DNA of 64,000 bases from Eledone cirrhosa (GCA_964016885.1 OZ024743.1:12214001-12278000), one strand, 5' to 3'. Numbered from the stretch's first letter, positions 25,546 through 38,277 are shown. The notes: generated from the letters alone by a model not told the origin. A program made the numbers and translations.

Positions 25546-28500
25546 CGAAATTTAAAAAGCAAAATGTTGTCCCTGAGACGAAGTATCTCACACATCGCAG
25601 TCATTATGAAATGCAACATAGAGAGCAACTTCACACGACACCAGGAAGACCTAAAGAAAAAATTAGAGAGACGATTTGGAGATACAAAATTTAAAACTTT
25701 GAACTCCAAATTACACCAGTTGAAACAACAACTCACAGCTACAACAGAAAGACTAAAATATAAGTCAACAGCACATAAACGACAAGTGCTAAATAGATTG
25801 TTTGCCAGAGATCCTAAATCAGTTTATCGCAGCTTAGGTAGCAAAAGCTCAATCCCTGTAAACGACACCCCTTCAAAAGAACAGGTTGAGAGCTACTGGA
25901 GATCTGTATGGGAAACGGATGACGGATTCAACAGACAAGCTAATTGGCTAAAAGAACTGGAACAGGACTACTGCCAACATGTCCAGACAAATCAATATGA
26001 CATAGATGGGTCAATACTGGAAACAGCTCTACAGAAAATGTCGAATAGGAAATCGCCAGGCCCAGACCTCATTACAGGATACTGGTTGAAGAATTTCACT
26101 TTCTATCGGCAAGATCTCATACGGCTGTTTACAGAAACCATTAAGGGCACACAAGAACTGCCCAGATGGTTATCAACTGCCACTACTCTCCTCATTCCCA
26201 AAAATAGCCAAACCACCCTTGCTAAAAACTACCGCCCAATTGCCTGCCAAAACATCATGTATAAATTATATACTGGGTGCCTTAACCTGTTCTTACAGGA
26301 TCACTGTGCTACCAACAACATCATAACACCTGAGCAAGCTGGTGGAAAGAGGGAGGTGTGGGGTTGCATAGATCACCTACTAACTAACAAAATGATTCAG
26401 GAAAAAACAACAAAGAATCGCAGAAACATGACTGTCGTGTGGCTGGACTATCAAAAAGCATTTGATAGTGTACCTCATGGGTGGATTATTAAGGCTTTAC
26501 AGTTAGCTAAAGTCCCACAACCATTGGTAGCTGCTGTTGAACGCCTGACCAAGAACTGGTACACCAATTTGATCCTTAGGGGTGAGAAGGAGCAGGTTAA
26601 GACTGATAAGATACATTACCAGAAGGGCATCTTTCACTGAATCCACTATCTTACCTACTCAGGAAACAAGGTGGACAAAGAAGTGGGCCCAGAAGTATCT
26701 CCCATCTTTTCTTTGTTGATGACCTGAAGTTGTATGGGCCAAATATCAATGACATCAAGAAACAATTGGACCGCATTACACAATTTTCAACCGACATCAA
26801 AATGAAATTTGGTGAGTCCAAGTGTGCATATTTGGCAGTAAAACGTGGAAGAGCTGTGCCCTCCTCTAGAAATCTAGAGATGAACGGCCTGACAATACAA
26901 CCTCTGCAGGCAGGTGACAACTACAGATATCTTGGACAGGATGAGAATGTCAGATATGATGGACCCATAAATAAGGAGAGAACCAGAACTGAATACCTCA
27001 GATGAGTAAAGAAAACATGGTCATCAGAACTGTCAGCATACAACAAATACATTGCCCACAATACTTATGCTGTGCCAATTCTAACGCCAACATTTGGCCT
27101 GCTGAACTGGTCATTGCAAGAACTAAGTGAGATGGATGTTAGAACTCGCAAACTTCTCAGTGTTACTGGGAACTTTAACATCAATGGTGATGTGGATAGG
27201 CTATACTTCTCACGCAAGGAAGGTGGCCGGGGTCTAAAATCAATATTAACAACATATGAGACCCGGATAGTAACACTGAAGCAACACCTTCAACAGAGGA
27301 AAAAGGTTGGCAACCATCTTGCCCAGGTTTATGAGCATGAAAAAAGAAATATCATTAGAATAGCGACTGATCTGGAGGAGAGATATGGAATAAAGCCTGA
27401 TATAAATCTCTCACCCAGAGAAATCGGAAGATCCTATTCAATGTTCAAACAAGATTAAAAAATTGACCAATTTACAGAAAGAGTTGTGCATGGATACTTG
27501 AGGCGTAAAACACAGACCATAGAGGGAATAAACCACTCAAAAAGCCTGGCATGGAGTTCCGACAAGTTTATGACATCACACCTTGAGGGATATCTCTATG
27601 CAATACAGGAACAAGAACTCCCTACCAAATATCTGCTGCACAAAAGAGGAGGGCCAACAGCTGACAATAAATGTAGGCTATGTAAAACAAAGATCGAGGA
27701 TGTAAGCCACATTGTTGCCAGCTGCGAAAGAATGTCATCTCACTACTACCTCCCCATGAGACACGATGGGATAGCTAGAACCATCTGGAACGCACTTCGG
27801 AAAACAAAATTAACAACAAACGAGGAAGAATATATTGAGACAGATGGCACTAAGGAATACTGGTGGAACCTGAAAATAAAAACTGCCACCAAATAGCACA
27901 ACCGGCCTGATATTGTAGTTTGGGACCACACATTGAAAACGTGTTCTGTTGTGGAGATCAGCTGCCCACTTGATGTAAACGTTGTCAGAAAAATACAGAA
28001 GGAGGACATCTACGGACCATTGATGAGGAGCTTACAAATCCAGTATCCAAGATACATCTTTAGCTTCATACCCATCGGTGAATTGGCAGTATCCGTAGAG
28101 GGTTGGACGCCATGCTTTCTAGCATAGTTACGTCCCTTTACGATCTGAGTTCAAATCCCGCCGAGGTTAACTTTGCCTTTCATCCTTACGAGGTCGATAA
28201 AATAAAGTACCAGTAATGTACTGGGTAATTTGCTGGCCTTGTGCCTAAAGTAGAAACAATTATTGGTGCTACGGGTTAAATACCAACCCGCTTGGACCAA
28301 AGTATGACTGAACTTGGATTTGCGGACAAAAAGCGCAGCTCCCTAATTCATAGTCTACAAAGGGCTGCGATAGCTGGCACCTTCAAAATTTGCAAAACAT
28401 TCTTGCGATTCAAGGGATGACAATTTCTTTTCTTTTACAACCTTGCCACCAGGAAGGTGGCCGGTCAAAAACATATACTCGAAATTAAGAGAAAAAGAAA
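25546..28500 (+). mobile_element. R4/Dong-clade RLE non-LTR retrotransposon, longer copy 2 (pseudogenised, SINE-interrupted)
   Basis: RT motifs KSPGPD, NYRPIAC, EQAGG, WLDYQKAFDSVPH, KGIF, FVDDLKLY and YRYLG. It has the same RLE C-terminus and 3'UTR as copy 1, stops at ~26638, 27003, 27456 and 27894, and a deletion after GIF. Confidence 0.93.
28076..28264 (+). mobile_element. Young SINE (Meta-like) nested in the RLE domain of copy 2
   Basis: Absent in copy 1 (CCCATC|ATTATTGG), so the empty site is visible in the window. Confidence 0.93.
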
Positions 28501-28596
28501 ACATGCATGCATGCATGCATGCATACATGCATACATACATACATACATACATACATACATACATACATACATACATACATACATACATACATACAT
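28501..28596. repeat. (CATG)n/(CATA)n microsatellite
   Basis: Seen directly in the sequence. Confidence 0.97.
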
Positions 28597-29204
28597 GGTG
28601 GCTGCCAACTCGTTTTCGAGTACGGCCACTACTTTATATCCATGTAGGAGAACTCCTACCAATGCGCTGAACGAATGTGACTTTAGTCCAGCCAGCGACT
28701 TGAAAACTCTGGTACAAACACTACACCTGTGACAATTATTGACACAGTGCTAGGCCCATGGTACCATGTGACGACAAGTGCAGAGAGATCTCCAGATATA
28801 AAGCAATGCCTGTACCGTGAAGCTTTTATAGTGAGCAAAGGCACTGCACAAAGCCAGTCCCACTCTCTTAACCAAGATGATATTTACCAAAAAGAAGAAC
28901 AAGTCAACATCATTGGATACCATCAGAGTTGCAGGTGTTATATCAGAGTTTTCCTTCTCCTAGAATTGTGCCTTGACAAAGGCTAAGGGGTCATCTCTCC
29001 CACATACATACATATACATACATACATACATACAGTAGTAGTAATAGCGTAGAACAGAAACGGTGAGTGAAGAGAAAATAGATAGTCTAAAACAAAAGAG
29101 TTCATCCTTTTCAAAAATATTTCTGTATTTTAAACTCAATGAAAAAAAGAGAAATAGTACTACTACTACTTTTATTAATAATAATAATAAAAAATAAAAA
29201 AAAA

Positions 29205-29397
29205 ATAATAATTGTTTCTACTTTAGGCATAAGTCCAGCAACTACCTAGTGCATTACTGGTACTCTATTTTATCGACCCCGTAAAGATGAAAGGCAAAGT
29301 CAACCTCGGCGGGATTTGAACTCAGATCGTAAAGGGACGTAACTATGCTGGAAAGCATGGCGTCCGACCCTCTACCGATACTGCCAATCCACCGCCC
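29205..29397 (-). mobile_element. Full-length SINE (Meta-like)
   Basis: Reverse reads GGCGGTGGATTGGCAGTATCGGTAGAG...GTAGAAACAATTATT, flanked by similar AATAAAAAAAATAAT tracts. Confidence 0.92.
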
Positions 29398-29666
29398 TTA
29401 AATAAAAAAAATAATGATTTCATTTATTGGCCACAAGGGCCGACATATAGGGGACAATACAAAAGACTGGGACAGTGGGGTTTTACAGAAAAATCGAGTA
29501 AACAATATGAATAACAATAACAAAGTAACAAGAAAAATACAAGAAAAATTCCCCAATAGGGGGGATGACCACCTAGGGTTCGCTCAGGTACCCCACCAAT
29601 ACTGAACGACCCGATGCTTCGAGAGCACCCTAGAAAGGCACCCTTCACCTCCTCAAATTTACCCAC

Positions 29667-32600
29667 CTACAGCCGCATGACCAGAGTAGGCCCACTCACA
29701 CGGGCCATTCTCGCCACATTCACCCACCTTTCAGCAAATGTACTGGGGGGGGGGGGGCAGCACTTCTCTCTCCACCCTCACCTTCCTTTCCAAGTGAAAC
29801 TTGAAAAAGTTGATGAGGGATTGGCGGAAGAGAAAAGTGTCTGTCTTCAGTCCTTTCAACCTCATCCACCATACAACCTCTTTCGCTACTGCCACAAGAC
29901 AGAGGAAAATTGCCTGCCCTTCCTGGCCAAAAGAAGGCGGCGGGTCGATCTTCACTATGGACTCGGCCGATAGCCGGATCCGTTCTACACGAGACAACAG
30001 CTGTTCAACATAACTCCACAAGTCAGTAATGCACGGACACTGGACGAGTGCGTGCAGAACGGTTTCGTCGCTCTGCGCGCATCTCGTGCAGGTCGGTCTG
30101 ACAGCACTTCCGTGCCTGTAGAGTTTATCTCGAACTGGCAGTGCCCCCCCGGTAGCACTGCCAAGCGAGGAATTTTTGGAAATTATCCATCGTCCCCAGC
30201 TCGAAAGTCCTCCTGAACAGACTGGTTAGTTCGACTTCGTCGACTCCCAGAGCCTCTCCGAGTGCGTCGTCGCACTTGCCCACCACTAATCCTCTATAGA
30301 ACTCGAAAGTGGAAGTTCCACTGACCGCATTGCCCGCCTGGTAGAGGGCAGTGAGTGCCTGGTAACATTCCAGATGCCAGTCACCCAGTCTCGGTCTCTT
30401 CTTCACCCAGGACTACAGCTTAGTCAAAGAAACGAGCTGCGGAAAGGCCCGTCTGACAAACGGCAACCACACCTGTTCACCGTTTAGGCAGAATATCTGA
30501 AGATGCCGCAGTCTCAGCGCGTGTCTGCGCATCATTAGCCACGGCATGCCCTGCCCTCCACGTAAAGGGTGCTGGCAGCAGATGGACCGCCTCACCAGCG
30601 GAACCTGACCCCTCCACAAGAATTTGAAGAGGAGCCGCTCCAAGATGGCGAGGCGCGAACGGGGGCAAGGGACGACGGTCAGACGGTAGTAGATGACGGA
30701 CGCGATGTACGCGTTCGCCACCTCCGCCCGACCTTTCAGTGATAGCTTCCTCCCAGCCCATTTCTGGGTGAGACTGGCTACCCTGCCCGTCACCTCGTCC
30801 CAATTCTTATCTACCTGGATGTCTGGCCTGAACCAAACCCCGAGTAACTTTACCGGTCCATCCGTCCAGCGCCTAACGACGCTGTTTGGACGGCATGGAC
30901 TTGTCTCTCCAGGTGCCGAGTTGCAAGCCCACCGACTTTTCCGGGTTAAGTTTTGCTCCGGTCAACCTTTCATATTTCTCCAATAAGTTGCCGACCACCT
31001 CGATTTCTGAGGTGTCCGACACCATCACGGTGATGTCGTCCGCATAAGCCGACACAGCCTTTCCGCGTCCCGGTTCGAGCGGGATGTCCTGCAACAGCTC
31101 CAGCTTCCGCAGTAAAGGCTCGAGAGTCAATACGTACAGAAGGGTGGAGAGAGGGCACCCTTGACGGACCGATCGGGAGACCTGAAAAGGTTCCGAGAGG
31201 TGGCCATTAATTTTGACCACCGAGCAGGTGCGCTGTGGATTGCAGCGATGCAGCTTCTGAAGACGGAGCCGAAGCCAGCCGCCTTGATGACAGCCTCCAG
31301 GTACCGATGGTCGACCCTATCGAATGTTTCGATTGATCTAAATTGATCAGAGCCCCACCGAAGCCAGGTTTACAACCTACCCTCTCTATGATGTATCGCA
31401 TTAGGTGGAAGTTGTCGTGTATGGACCTGGTTGGGATTGCGCAAGTTTGCGCCTCCCCAACCAAATCCCCGAACACCCTGGCCAAAATCTTAAACTCTGT
31501 GTTGAGCAGAGTTATGGGCCTGAAATTGTCTAATGTATCCCTCTTGTTCTCGTCTTTCCTTATCAGCGTCACTACGCCCCGGCTCACAGAACTGGGAATA
31601 CTCCCGTTTTGCTGCCAGTTGCAGTAGAGGGCTTCGAGGAGATTGGAGAACAAGTCTGGCATATTTACATAAAGCTCGTAGAGCAGACCATCCAAACCGA
31701 GTGACTTGCGCCTCATGCAGCCGACAAAGGCATCCTGAATCTCGGATGAAGTAATTGGCCTTTCGCAGCGCCCAGCGACAGCCGTCGAGAGTTGCGGCAA
31801 GTCATCGAGGTAGGGACTGAAATCCGCTACCGTCTCTGACCCGCCACTTCCCCCGAACAACCGAGCAAAATGTTGGCGAAAGGCCTCACACATCCGTTTG
31901 GAATCGCTCAGCTCGTGTCCGTCAAAGACCGAATCGTGGTTTTATTACCACGCTGCGCCTCTGCCACGCGGGCCCATCGAACAGCTTTGGTTCCCTCGTT
32001 TCTCAGAGCACGCACCTTAGCTCTGACAATGCAACCTTCGTGTTTCGTATTGAAGAAATGGTCTAATGCCATTCTCGCCGCTAGCACGTCAGTTGCAATG
32101 CCACTACCAATAGCCTCGTCTAACTTATCTACCAACTCCCCCTCCTTTCTATTTTTCTCTAACGCTACTTCTGATCTCTCTTTTGAGAGCTCCCCACCAT
32201 CTATTGTTGACGACTCCCCCTGTCAACTTTTTCTTAACTAAATTGTTGACCTTGTTCCTGTAAGCCTTACGTGCCGGAAATGACATGTTTAGCTTCCAGT
32301 AACCAGGTCCTAACCTTCGCGTCTTATCTAGGTCGACCATACAGATCACAAACTTGTGATCTGAATAGGCGACCGTTTTAAAACGTGGACAGCCTACACT
32401 ATTTCTGTCTATTTTCCTAATGAATATCCTGTCTATATACGATCTAGATGACCCTATGCGGTTAGTCCAGGTCCACACTGGCGCATTAGGGAAATCTAGT
32501 CGGTAAACGTCAGACAGTTGGAACTGGCTGATCAGGTTCTTGAGGCTTTTGCACCCCCCTCTCCTATCGGATACTCCCACACAGTCCCAGCGTGCGTCTA

Positions 32601-33024
32601 ATATGCCGTTCCAGTCCCCCGCTAACAGTAAAGGGCGAGACGTACCCAGAAAGGCTTCCAGGCGTCTAAAGAAGTCCGACCGTCCTGCCCCAGTAGGGGC
32701 ATAGACGGCCACCAGTCTAAAGGCATCACCTTCGTTATTGTTCACGTCCAGGACCCCCAACTCCCCGTCCGGGTCCCGGAAAATCGACCTTACCTCGAGA
32801 TCCAGGCCTTTCCTAAACAGCACTGCCATTCCCGGCCGGTTAACAGATGCAAAGATCTAATAGTCATCAAAAATGGGGGCTAGTGCGCGCGTGTCGGAAA
32901 TCCTGGTCTCGCTGACGGCAATTACATCCATTTCTAGAGACCTGAGATCATTGAGCAGGTGACCCTGCTTCCAGGACGATCCCAGGCCTCGAACATTTAA
33001 ACTTCCTACTCTTAATACGGCCAT
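29667..33024 (-). pseudogene. LINE ORF2 (APE endonuclease, reverse transcriptase, C-terminal Zn motif), frameshifted
   Basis: MAVLRVGSLNVRGL...VSETR, VYAPTG, AGDWN, SYIDRIF, SDH (APE); DNFRPITLLNTEFKI, VRQGCPLS, AYADDIT (RT); CTRC...HALVQC; TAG at 29667. Split across several frames. Confidence 0.92.
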
Positions 33025-33057
33025 GTTGGCTGGTTAAAAAGAGAGAGGGGGGAAGGT

Positions 33058-35026
33058 TTACTTACGTTCCGGGCTCTTGTGAAGGTCGGGTGGTTCGACC
33101 TCCATAGTTGGTGGGGTTTCTTTTGGGAACCCCTTTAAAAGTCTTGAAGTGGGTTTTACGTTCGGGGTTCCCACATCCCGAGGAAAGCTGTCTCGTATTT
33201 CTTTGTATAAATCGAGCGACATTCGCACCAGAAACAAATCTTCCGGCACGCGAAATGTGCTCGATTTAAAAATTTCCCCCTCTTTTTGTATATTTTCACT
33301 TCGTGCTACGAGGGCCATCAGTTCCTTGTTGGCCCTCCTGACGAGCACGAAGTTTTGTATGTTTTGTTGGTGTTATTTTATTTGTTTTCATGGTGATGGT
33401 TTTGGTGGTGTTGTTTCGGTTGTGTCTGTGTTTGTTGTGAGTGCGGTCTCTGTGGTTTCAGATGTTTGTGTGTGTATTTGTTCTTGCGTCTGTTTCAGTT
33501 GTTTGCGTTAGGGTGATTCTGGTGATGGTGATGGTGGTGTTGATGTTGGTGTTATTGGAGAGATGTTTGCGTGGGTGGTGTCTGCATTTTTTATTGTGGG
33601 TCATTTTGTGCTTTGTTGAGTTTTTTTTTCCTTTTTGTGTTTCCTTTTTTGTATTTTGGGGGATTTGGGTTTTCCCTCATCTTCACTACTGGTAGATGAG
33701 GGAGTCTGTGTCTGTAAGTGTGTCTGTGTCTGTAAGTGTGTCTGTGTGTGTGTTTATGTTTTTATCGGTGTGTGTATTTTTTTGGGGGGGGGGGGGGGAT
33801 TTGACAACTTTCCTCGTTTCCCCCCCTTGGTGGTCAATGTTGGTGGTGATCTTTCTATTGGCGTTGTTGTTGGTGGTTTTGCCGGCGTCGGCAGCAGTGG
33901 AGCCTTTCGACCCCTTGCATCTTTCAGCAGCTTGGGGCAGAAGGCTCGCAAATGTGTTTTTTCCCCACAAACAAAGCAATGCGGCTTTTTGCCATCGGTC
34001 ATAATCTGAATGACCGTCCCATTCTGAAGGCGGATGTGATCCGGGATTGTCTTCACATTCTCGGGCCTTATCTGGAGAAGGATCTCCAGGTCAACCCCGG
34101 ACCAGTCCTCTCTGGCCGTTCTGGTCACTTTTATCGGGACGGTATCCGTCCCCTCCACAATCACACATCCCAGAAGCCACCACATGTCAAGTCCTGGTGG
34201 GATTCTGGGAATGCGGAGACAGGCCGTTCTTTTTCCCATGTGGGAGGGGTACATTATGACCTTGCTGGTTTTGCAAGGAGTCATAGCGGTTTCATAGCGA
34301 GGGCTTCTGACTTGAACAACACCGAAATGGTGCCGTACTGTCTGACCCTCTCTATGTATTCGGTGTCTTCTCTGATGCACCACAGCGCGACTTCGACATC
34401 TGCTTGCGGGATTAAAGCTGCCCTTTTGGTTTGTGCTGAGATGCATCTATAATGCACTGTTCTGCGCTCCACTGCCTCAATAGCTTCTACCGGGACAGTT
34501 AAGTTGGCCCAGGGTTGCTCTTGCTTGATGAGCTTCCATGCCTGGGCCAACTTTTCATCTTTGTTTGAGAGGTCCATGTTGAAGCATGGTCTCTTTTCTG
34601 CTGCTGCCGCAGCGAAAGTGTTCTTCTTGTTGTCGTTGGGATTGTTGTTGTTGTTGTCGTTGTTCTTGTTGGTGTTGTTGTTATCAGTCATCATTGTTGT
34701 CTTTGGTGCCACCGTTGTTCTCGGTGCAGTTGGTATTGTTGCTGTTGGTATTGTCGCTATTTGTTTTCATGTTAGTGGTGTTGATATTGTTGTTGCATAT
34801 GTCATTTTTTTTGTTCTCTGTATTTTCGTTGTCGCTGTTCCTGTCATTTTTTTCAAAATTAGAGTTCTCAGTGTTGTTATCATTGGTGTCTTTGTTTACA
34901 TTGTTTGTGGTGGTGTCTGTTGTATCAATTTCTGTTAATTTCGCCGTAGCGCTCCTCTCAACTTCTACATCGTTCTCGCACGACAGCAGACATATCGCTT
35001 GGGGGGGGGGGGGGGCGCTCAGCCAT
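33058..35026 (-). pseudogene. LINE ORF1 (gag-like nucleic-acid-binding protein), frameshifted, with Asn/Thr-rich low-complexity tracts
   Basis: CFVCGEKTHLRAFC (CX2CX4HX4C) at ~33937-33978 and an FAAAAAEKRP motif. The start ATG at 35026 is tentative. Confidence 0.8.
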
Positions 35027-35234
35027 GTTTTTTTTGTTTTTTTTTCTCGATAATTTTTTAAAATGTAAAAAAGTTCAAATATTTGGGCCAAAAGGCCCAA
35101 ATATTATTCTTTTCCCTTCACAGGGCAAAGTCCAAGGGCCTTACACAACAACAACAAAATTCAATAAATCAGTTTTGACAGGTAAATAAATGAACTTACG
35201 GGAGCGAGCAAAAAGACTCAATAATAGCAAAAAT

Positions 35235-37010
35235 AATAATGTTTTATTTATTGACCACATTGTTGACACAAAATATGACATTAAGGTCACCACAGGACGG
35301 TACAAATGGCCGTACTCAGAGCAGGTCCATGCTGGCCTCTCTCACCTATTCTTCAACAAATTATTAGGAAGGGAGCACTTCCCTCTCCACCCTGATTTTC
35401 CTTTTCAAATGAAATTTGAAAAAGTTAATCAGGGTGGAGAGGGAAGTGCTCCCTTCCTTTGAAGAGGTAAGTGCTCGTCTTCAGCCCTTTCAAACGTGAC
35501 CATCGCCATGGCCACCAGGCAGATAAAAACTGCCTACCCTTCCCGGCTAAAGGAAGGCGGCAGAGCAATCTTCATGATGGACTCAGCTGATAGCCGGATC
35601 CATCTTACACGCGACAGTAGGTGTTCGACATAAACCCACATGTCAGCAATACTCGGACACTGGTTGAGTGCTTCAGGACGGTTTCGGTAGCACTACCAGG
35701 CCAGGGATTTCTGGAAGTTGTCCATGGGCCCGGCCCGAAAGTTCTCCGGAAAAGATTGGCTAGTCTCCCCAAGGACGTCGTCGCTCTTGCCCTCCACTAA
35801 CCCTCTATAGATCGCCAAGGTAAAGTTGCCACCGATCGCATTGCTCGATCACTGAGGGCTGTGAGCGCCTGAAGATATTTCAGTCTCCAAGTGCTCCCTG
35901 TCGATATTCGCTTGACCCAGGACTGCAGGTCCGTCATGGAATTTGAATGACTCGAACTCTTACGCAGTAGCTTGGGACTAGAGTGAGCTCATCGCTCTTT
36001 AGTGGCGTCATGGAGTGTTATCTGGCTTCTTGGGGGGAGGGGGGCAAAGAAAACGTCCACGGTTCCTTATCTTCTTCCACGAGTGAAGTGGGTTTTTTGA
36101 GCCCACACGGCTCCCCAAGCCTTTTGCACTTGGGACTCCTATACTCACGCCACCCAACATGTTTTTAGGCTAATTGTATGGTATGATACCGTACATAACC
36201 GCCGGTGTTCCATGATGTTTGATGGAGGAGTGAGGCTCACCCTGTGTCCATTTTGTTTACCATTTTGTCTGGCTTCATCCATTTCCTCGTGGGTCACCGT
36301 GACCGTTTGATTTTTAGTTGCGCTGCTGTTGCGGTTGTTGCTGTTATTCTTGTTGTTGCTGTTGTTGTTATTGATGTTCATGTTATTGCTGTTGCCATTT
36401 GCGTTGTCGTTCTTGTCTGCGTTAGTCATTTTTATTGTTTGCTTCTGTTATATTTATTGTTATTTATGTTGTTACTGTTTTCGTTGTCCATGTTCTTATT
36501 TTTTGTGTTCTCGCAGTTGTCTGCGTTGGTTTTAATGTTGCTTGTTGTTTTTGGTGGTGCTGGTATTAGTGGTGTTGAATATGCTTGCCGGCTTTGGGGT
36601 GGTGGGGATGACAGCGTTCATATAGGTAAATATTGGCAAAGGTGGAAAATATATCTTGTTAGCAGTTGCTGCACGGGATACATTTTGATTATTGTTGGGA
36701 AGCTGTCTGTAGTGTTGGTAATGGTAGCATCGTTCATAATGGTGGTGGTGGTGGTGGGAGTAATGTCAACGTTTGAGCCACTGACAGCTGGCTTAACTTG
36801 GGGGTGTGGGGAGAGGGGCTGTTCCGTCCTTTTTTTTTTCTTGACAAAAATAAGGAATAACGTTCACATATTTGGTCCGAAGGCCCAATTATAATGGAAT
36901 GCCCTTTTTAGGGAGCACTATATATGAACTTATCAACAGTTAACAACAAACATTTTCCACAAATAGCAATTCAAAGCAACTTTTAAAAAACCGATATCAA
37001 TACGTCCGTT
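35235..37010 (-). mobile_element. Second Tx1-family LINE, internally deleted but retaining both ends
   Basis: 35300-35940 aligns with the ORF2 3' end of the neighbouring element. 35940-36830 is an N/T-rich ORF1-like piece, and the 5'UTR motif GGGCCTTCGGACCAAATATGTGAAC is at ~36865-36890. Confidence 0.8.
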
Positions 37011-37548
37011 GAAAATGAGGAACAAAATAATAATAATAACAAAATGAAACATACAGAATTTTTTTTTTTAATTTCCTCAACAACTAGTGAAGGTTATTGA
37101 ACCAAATTGGCAACTATTGATATAACAGGTTATACGAAATGGATAGAATAATTAAATCGATTCTTAATTCTCAAGAATCACATTTCTGAATTTAATCACA
37201 TTTTCAAAACGAACTCATATTTCTATTGTAGCTATATTGATGATAAAGAACGTTAAAATGCTAAGAATGAATGCTGTATGATGAATGGTGAATAGGTTCT
37301 AATCAAATGATAGTTGCAATAGATATAGACGTTAAAGAAACGATAGAGAAAAAATATTTTAAATCGACAAACTTAAATGTATGGAGAGTGAGGAAAAGAT
37401 CAGTGGTTTCCTCTTGCTGTTGCTAGTGCTGCGGAAGAAAGGAGGAAGTGGTGAAGGTAGGGGGGGGGGGGGGTAGGAAGAAAATGATGATGATGATCAT
37501 GATGAGGGTGGTGGTGGTGGTAGCGACTACGAAGTGGAGGGTGGTGTT

Positions 37549-37632
37549 TGAGAAGAAGAAGAAAAAGAAGAAGAAGAAGAAGAAGAAGAAGAAGAAGAAG
37601 AAGAAGAAGAAGAAGAAGAAGAAGAAAAAGAA
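37549..37632. repeat. (GAA)n microsatellite
   Basis: Seen directly in the sequence. Confidence 0.98.
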
Positions 37633-37949
37633 GACCACCAACAACAACTACAATAACTGAAAATCAAGATGCAATGAAAAGATAATATATGAGGAAAAGA
37701 AAGGAAAGGAAAGGAATTCAAACAAAAGGGAGAACAATGAAAATATAGAATATGTTGGGGGAATGCAATGATTAAGACAATGAAATGGTTAGGACAACAC
37801 CACCCTCAACAACAACAACAATAACAACAATTACAACAACAAATGTACAACATCAAGAACAACAAAATTCAATTATGGCGTAGTGTAATTGTTGATCCCT
37901 AGGTCAACCAGCTCCATACCTGTAATTAAAAACATTCTAACCTGACTAT

Positions 37950-38277
37950 GTGAAGGTGCGTGGCTTTGTGGTTAGGGTATTCGACTAACAATCGTAAGGT
38001 CGTGAGTTTGATTCCTGGCGGCACGTTGTGTCCTTGAGCAAGACACTTTATTTCATGTTGCTCCAATTCCCACAGCTGGCAAAAATGAGTTGTACCTGTA
38101 ATTCGAATGGACAGCCTTGTCACATTCTGTGTCACCCTGAATCTCCCTGAGAACTACGTTAAAGGTACGCGTGTCTGTGGAGACCTCAACCACGTGCACG
38201 TTAATTTCACGATCAGGCTGTTCCGTTGATCGAATCAACTGGAACACTCATCGTCGTAACCGACGGAGTGCCAGTTA
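37950..38277 (+). mobile_element. Full-length tRNA-derived SINE, second family, with 11-bp TSD
   Basis: A box TGGCTTTGTGGTTAG, B box GAGTTTGATTCC, central GTGTCCTTGAGCAAGACACTTTA, and TSD AACCTGACTAT at 37939-37949 and 38278-38288. Confidence 0.9.

Larger units (their letters stand above)
29415..35190 (-). mobile_element. Near full-length Tx1/L1-clade LINE (~5.8 kb)
   Basis: 5'UTR, ORF1 with a CCHC knuckle, ORF2 APE-RT-Zn, and a 3'UTR with AATAAA (minus strand) ending at a TAA-rich tract. Confidence 0.93.

Noticed and set aside
28597-28660. HDV-like ribozyme
   Set aside because: Nested stems are present, but I could not find the P1.1 GG, the P2 pseudoknot or the J4/2 catalytic C arrangement.
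36244-36894. 216-aa hydrophobic 'membrane protein' ORF
   Set aside because: Antisense translation of the AAC-rich LINE ORF1 low-complexity region; the same applies to 34504-35053.
37950-38025. tRNA gene
   Set aside because: A and B boxes belong to a SINE head with body and TSD; there is no complete cloverleaf or terminator.
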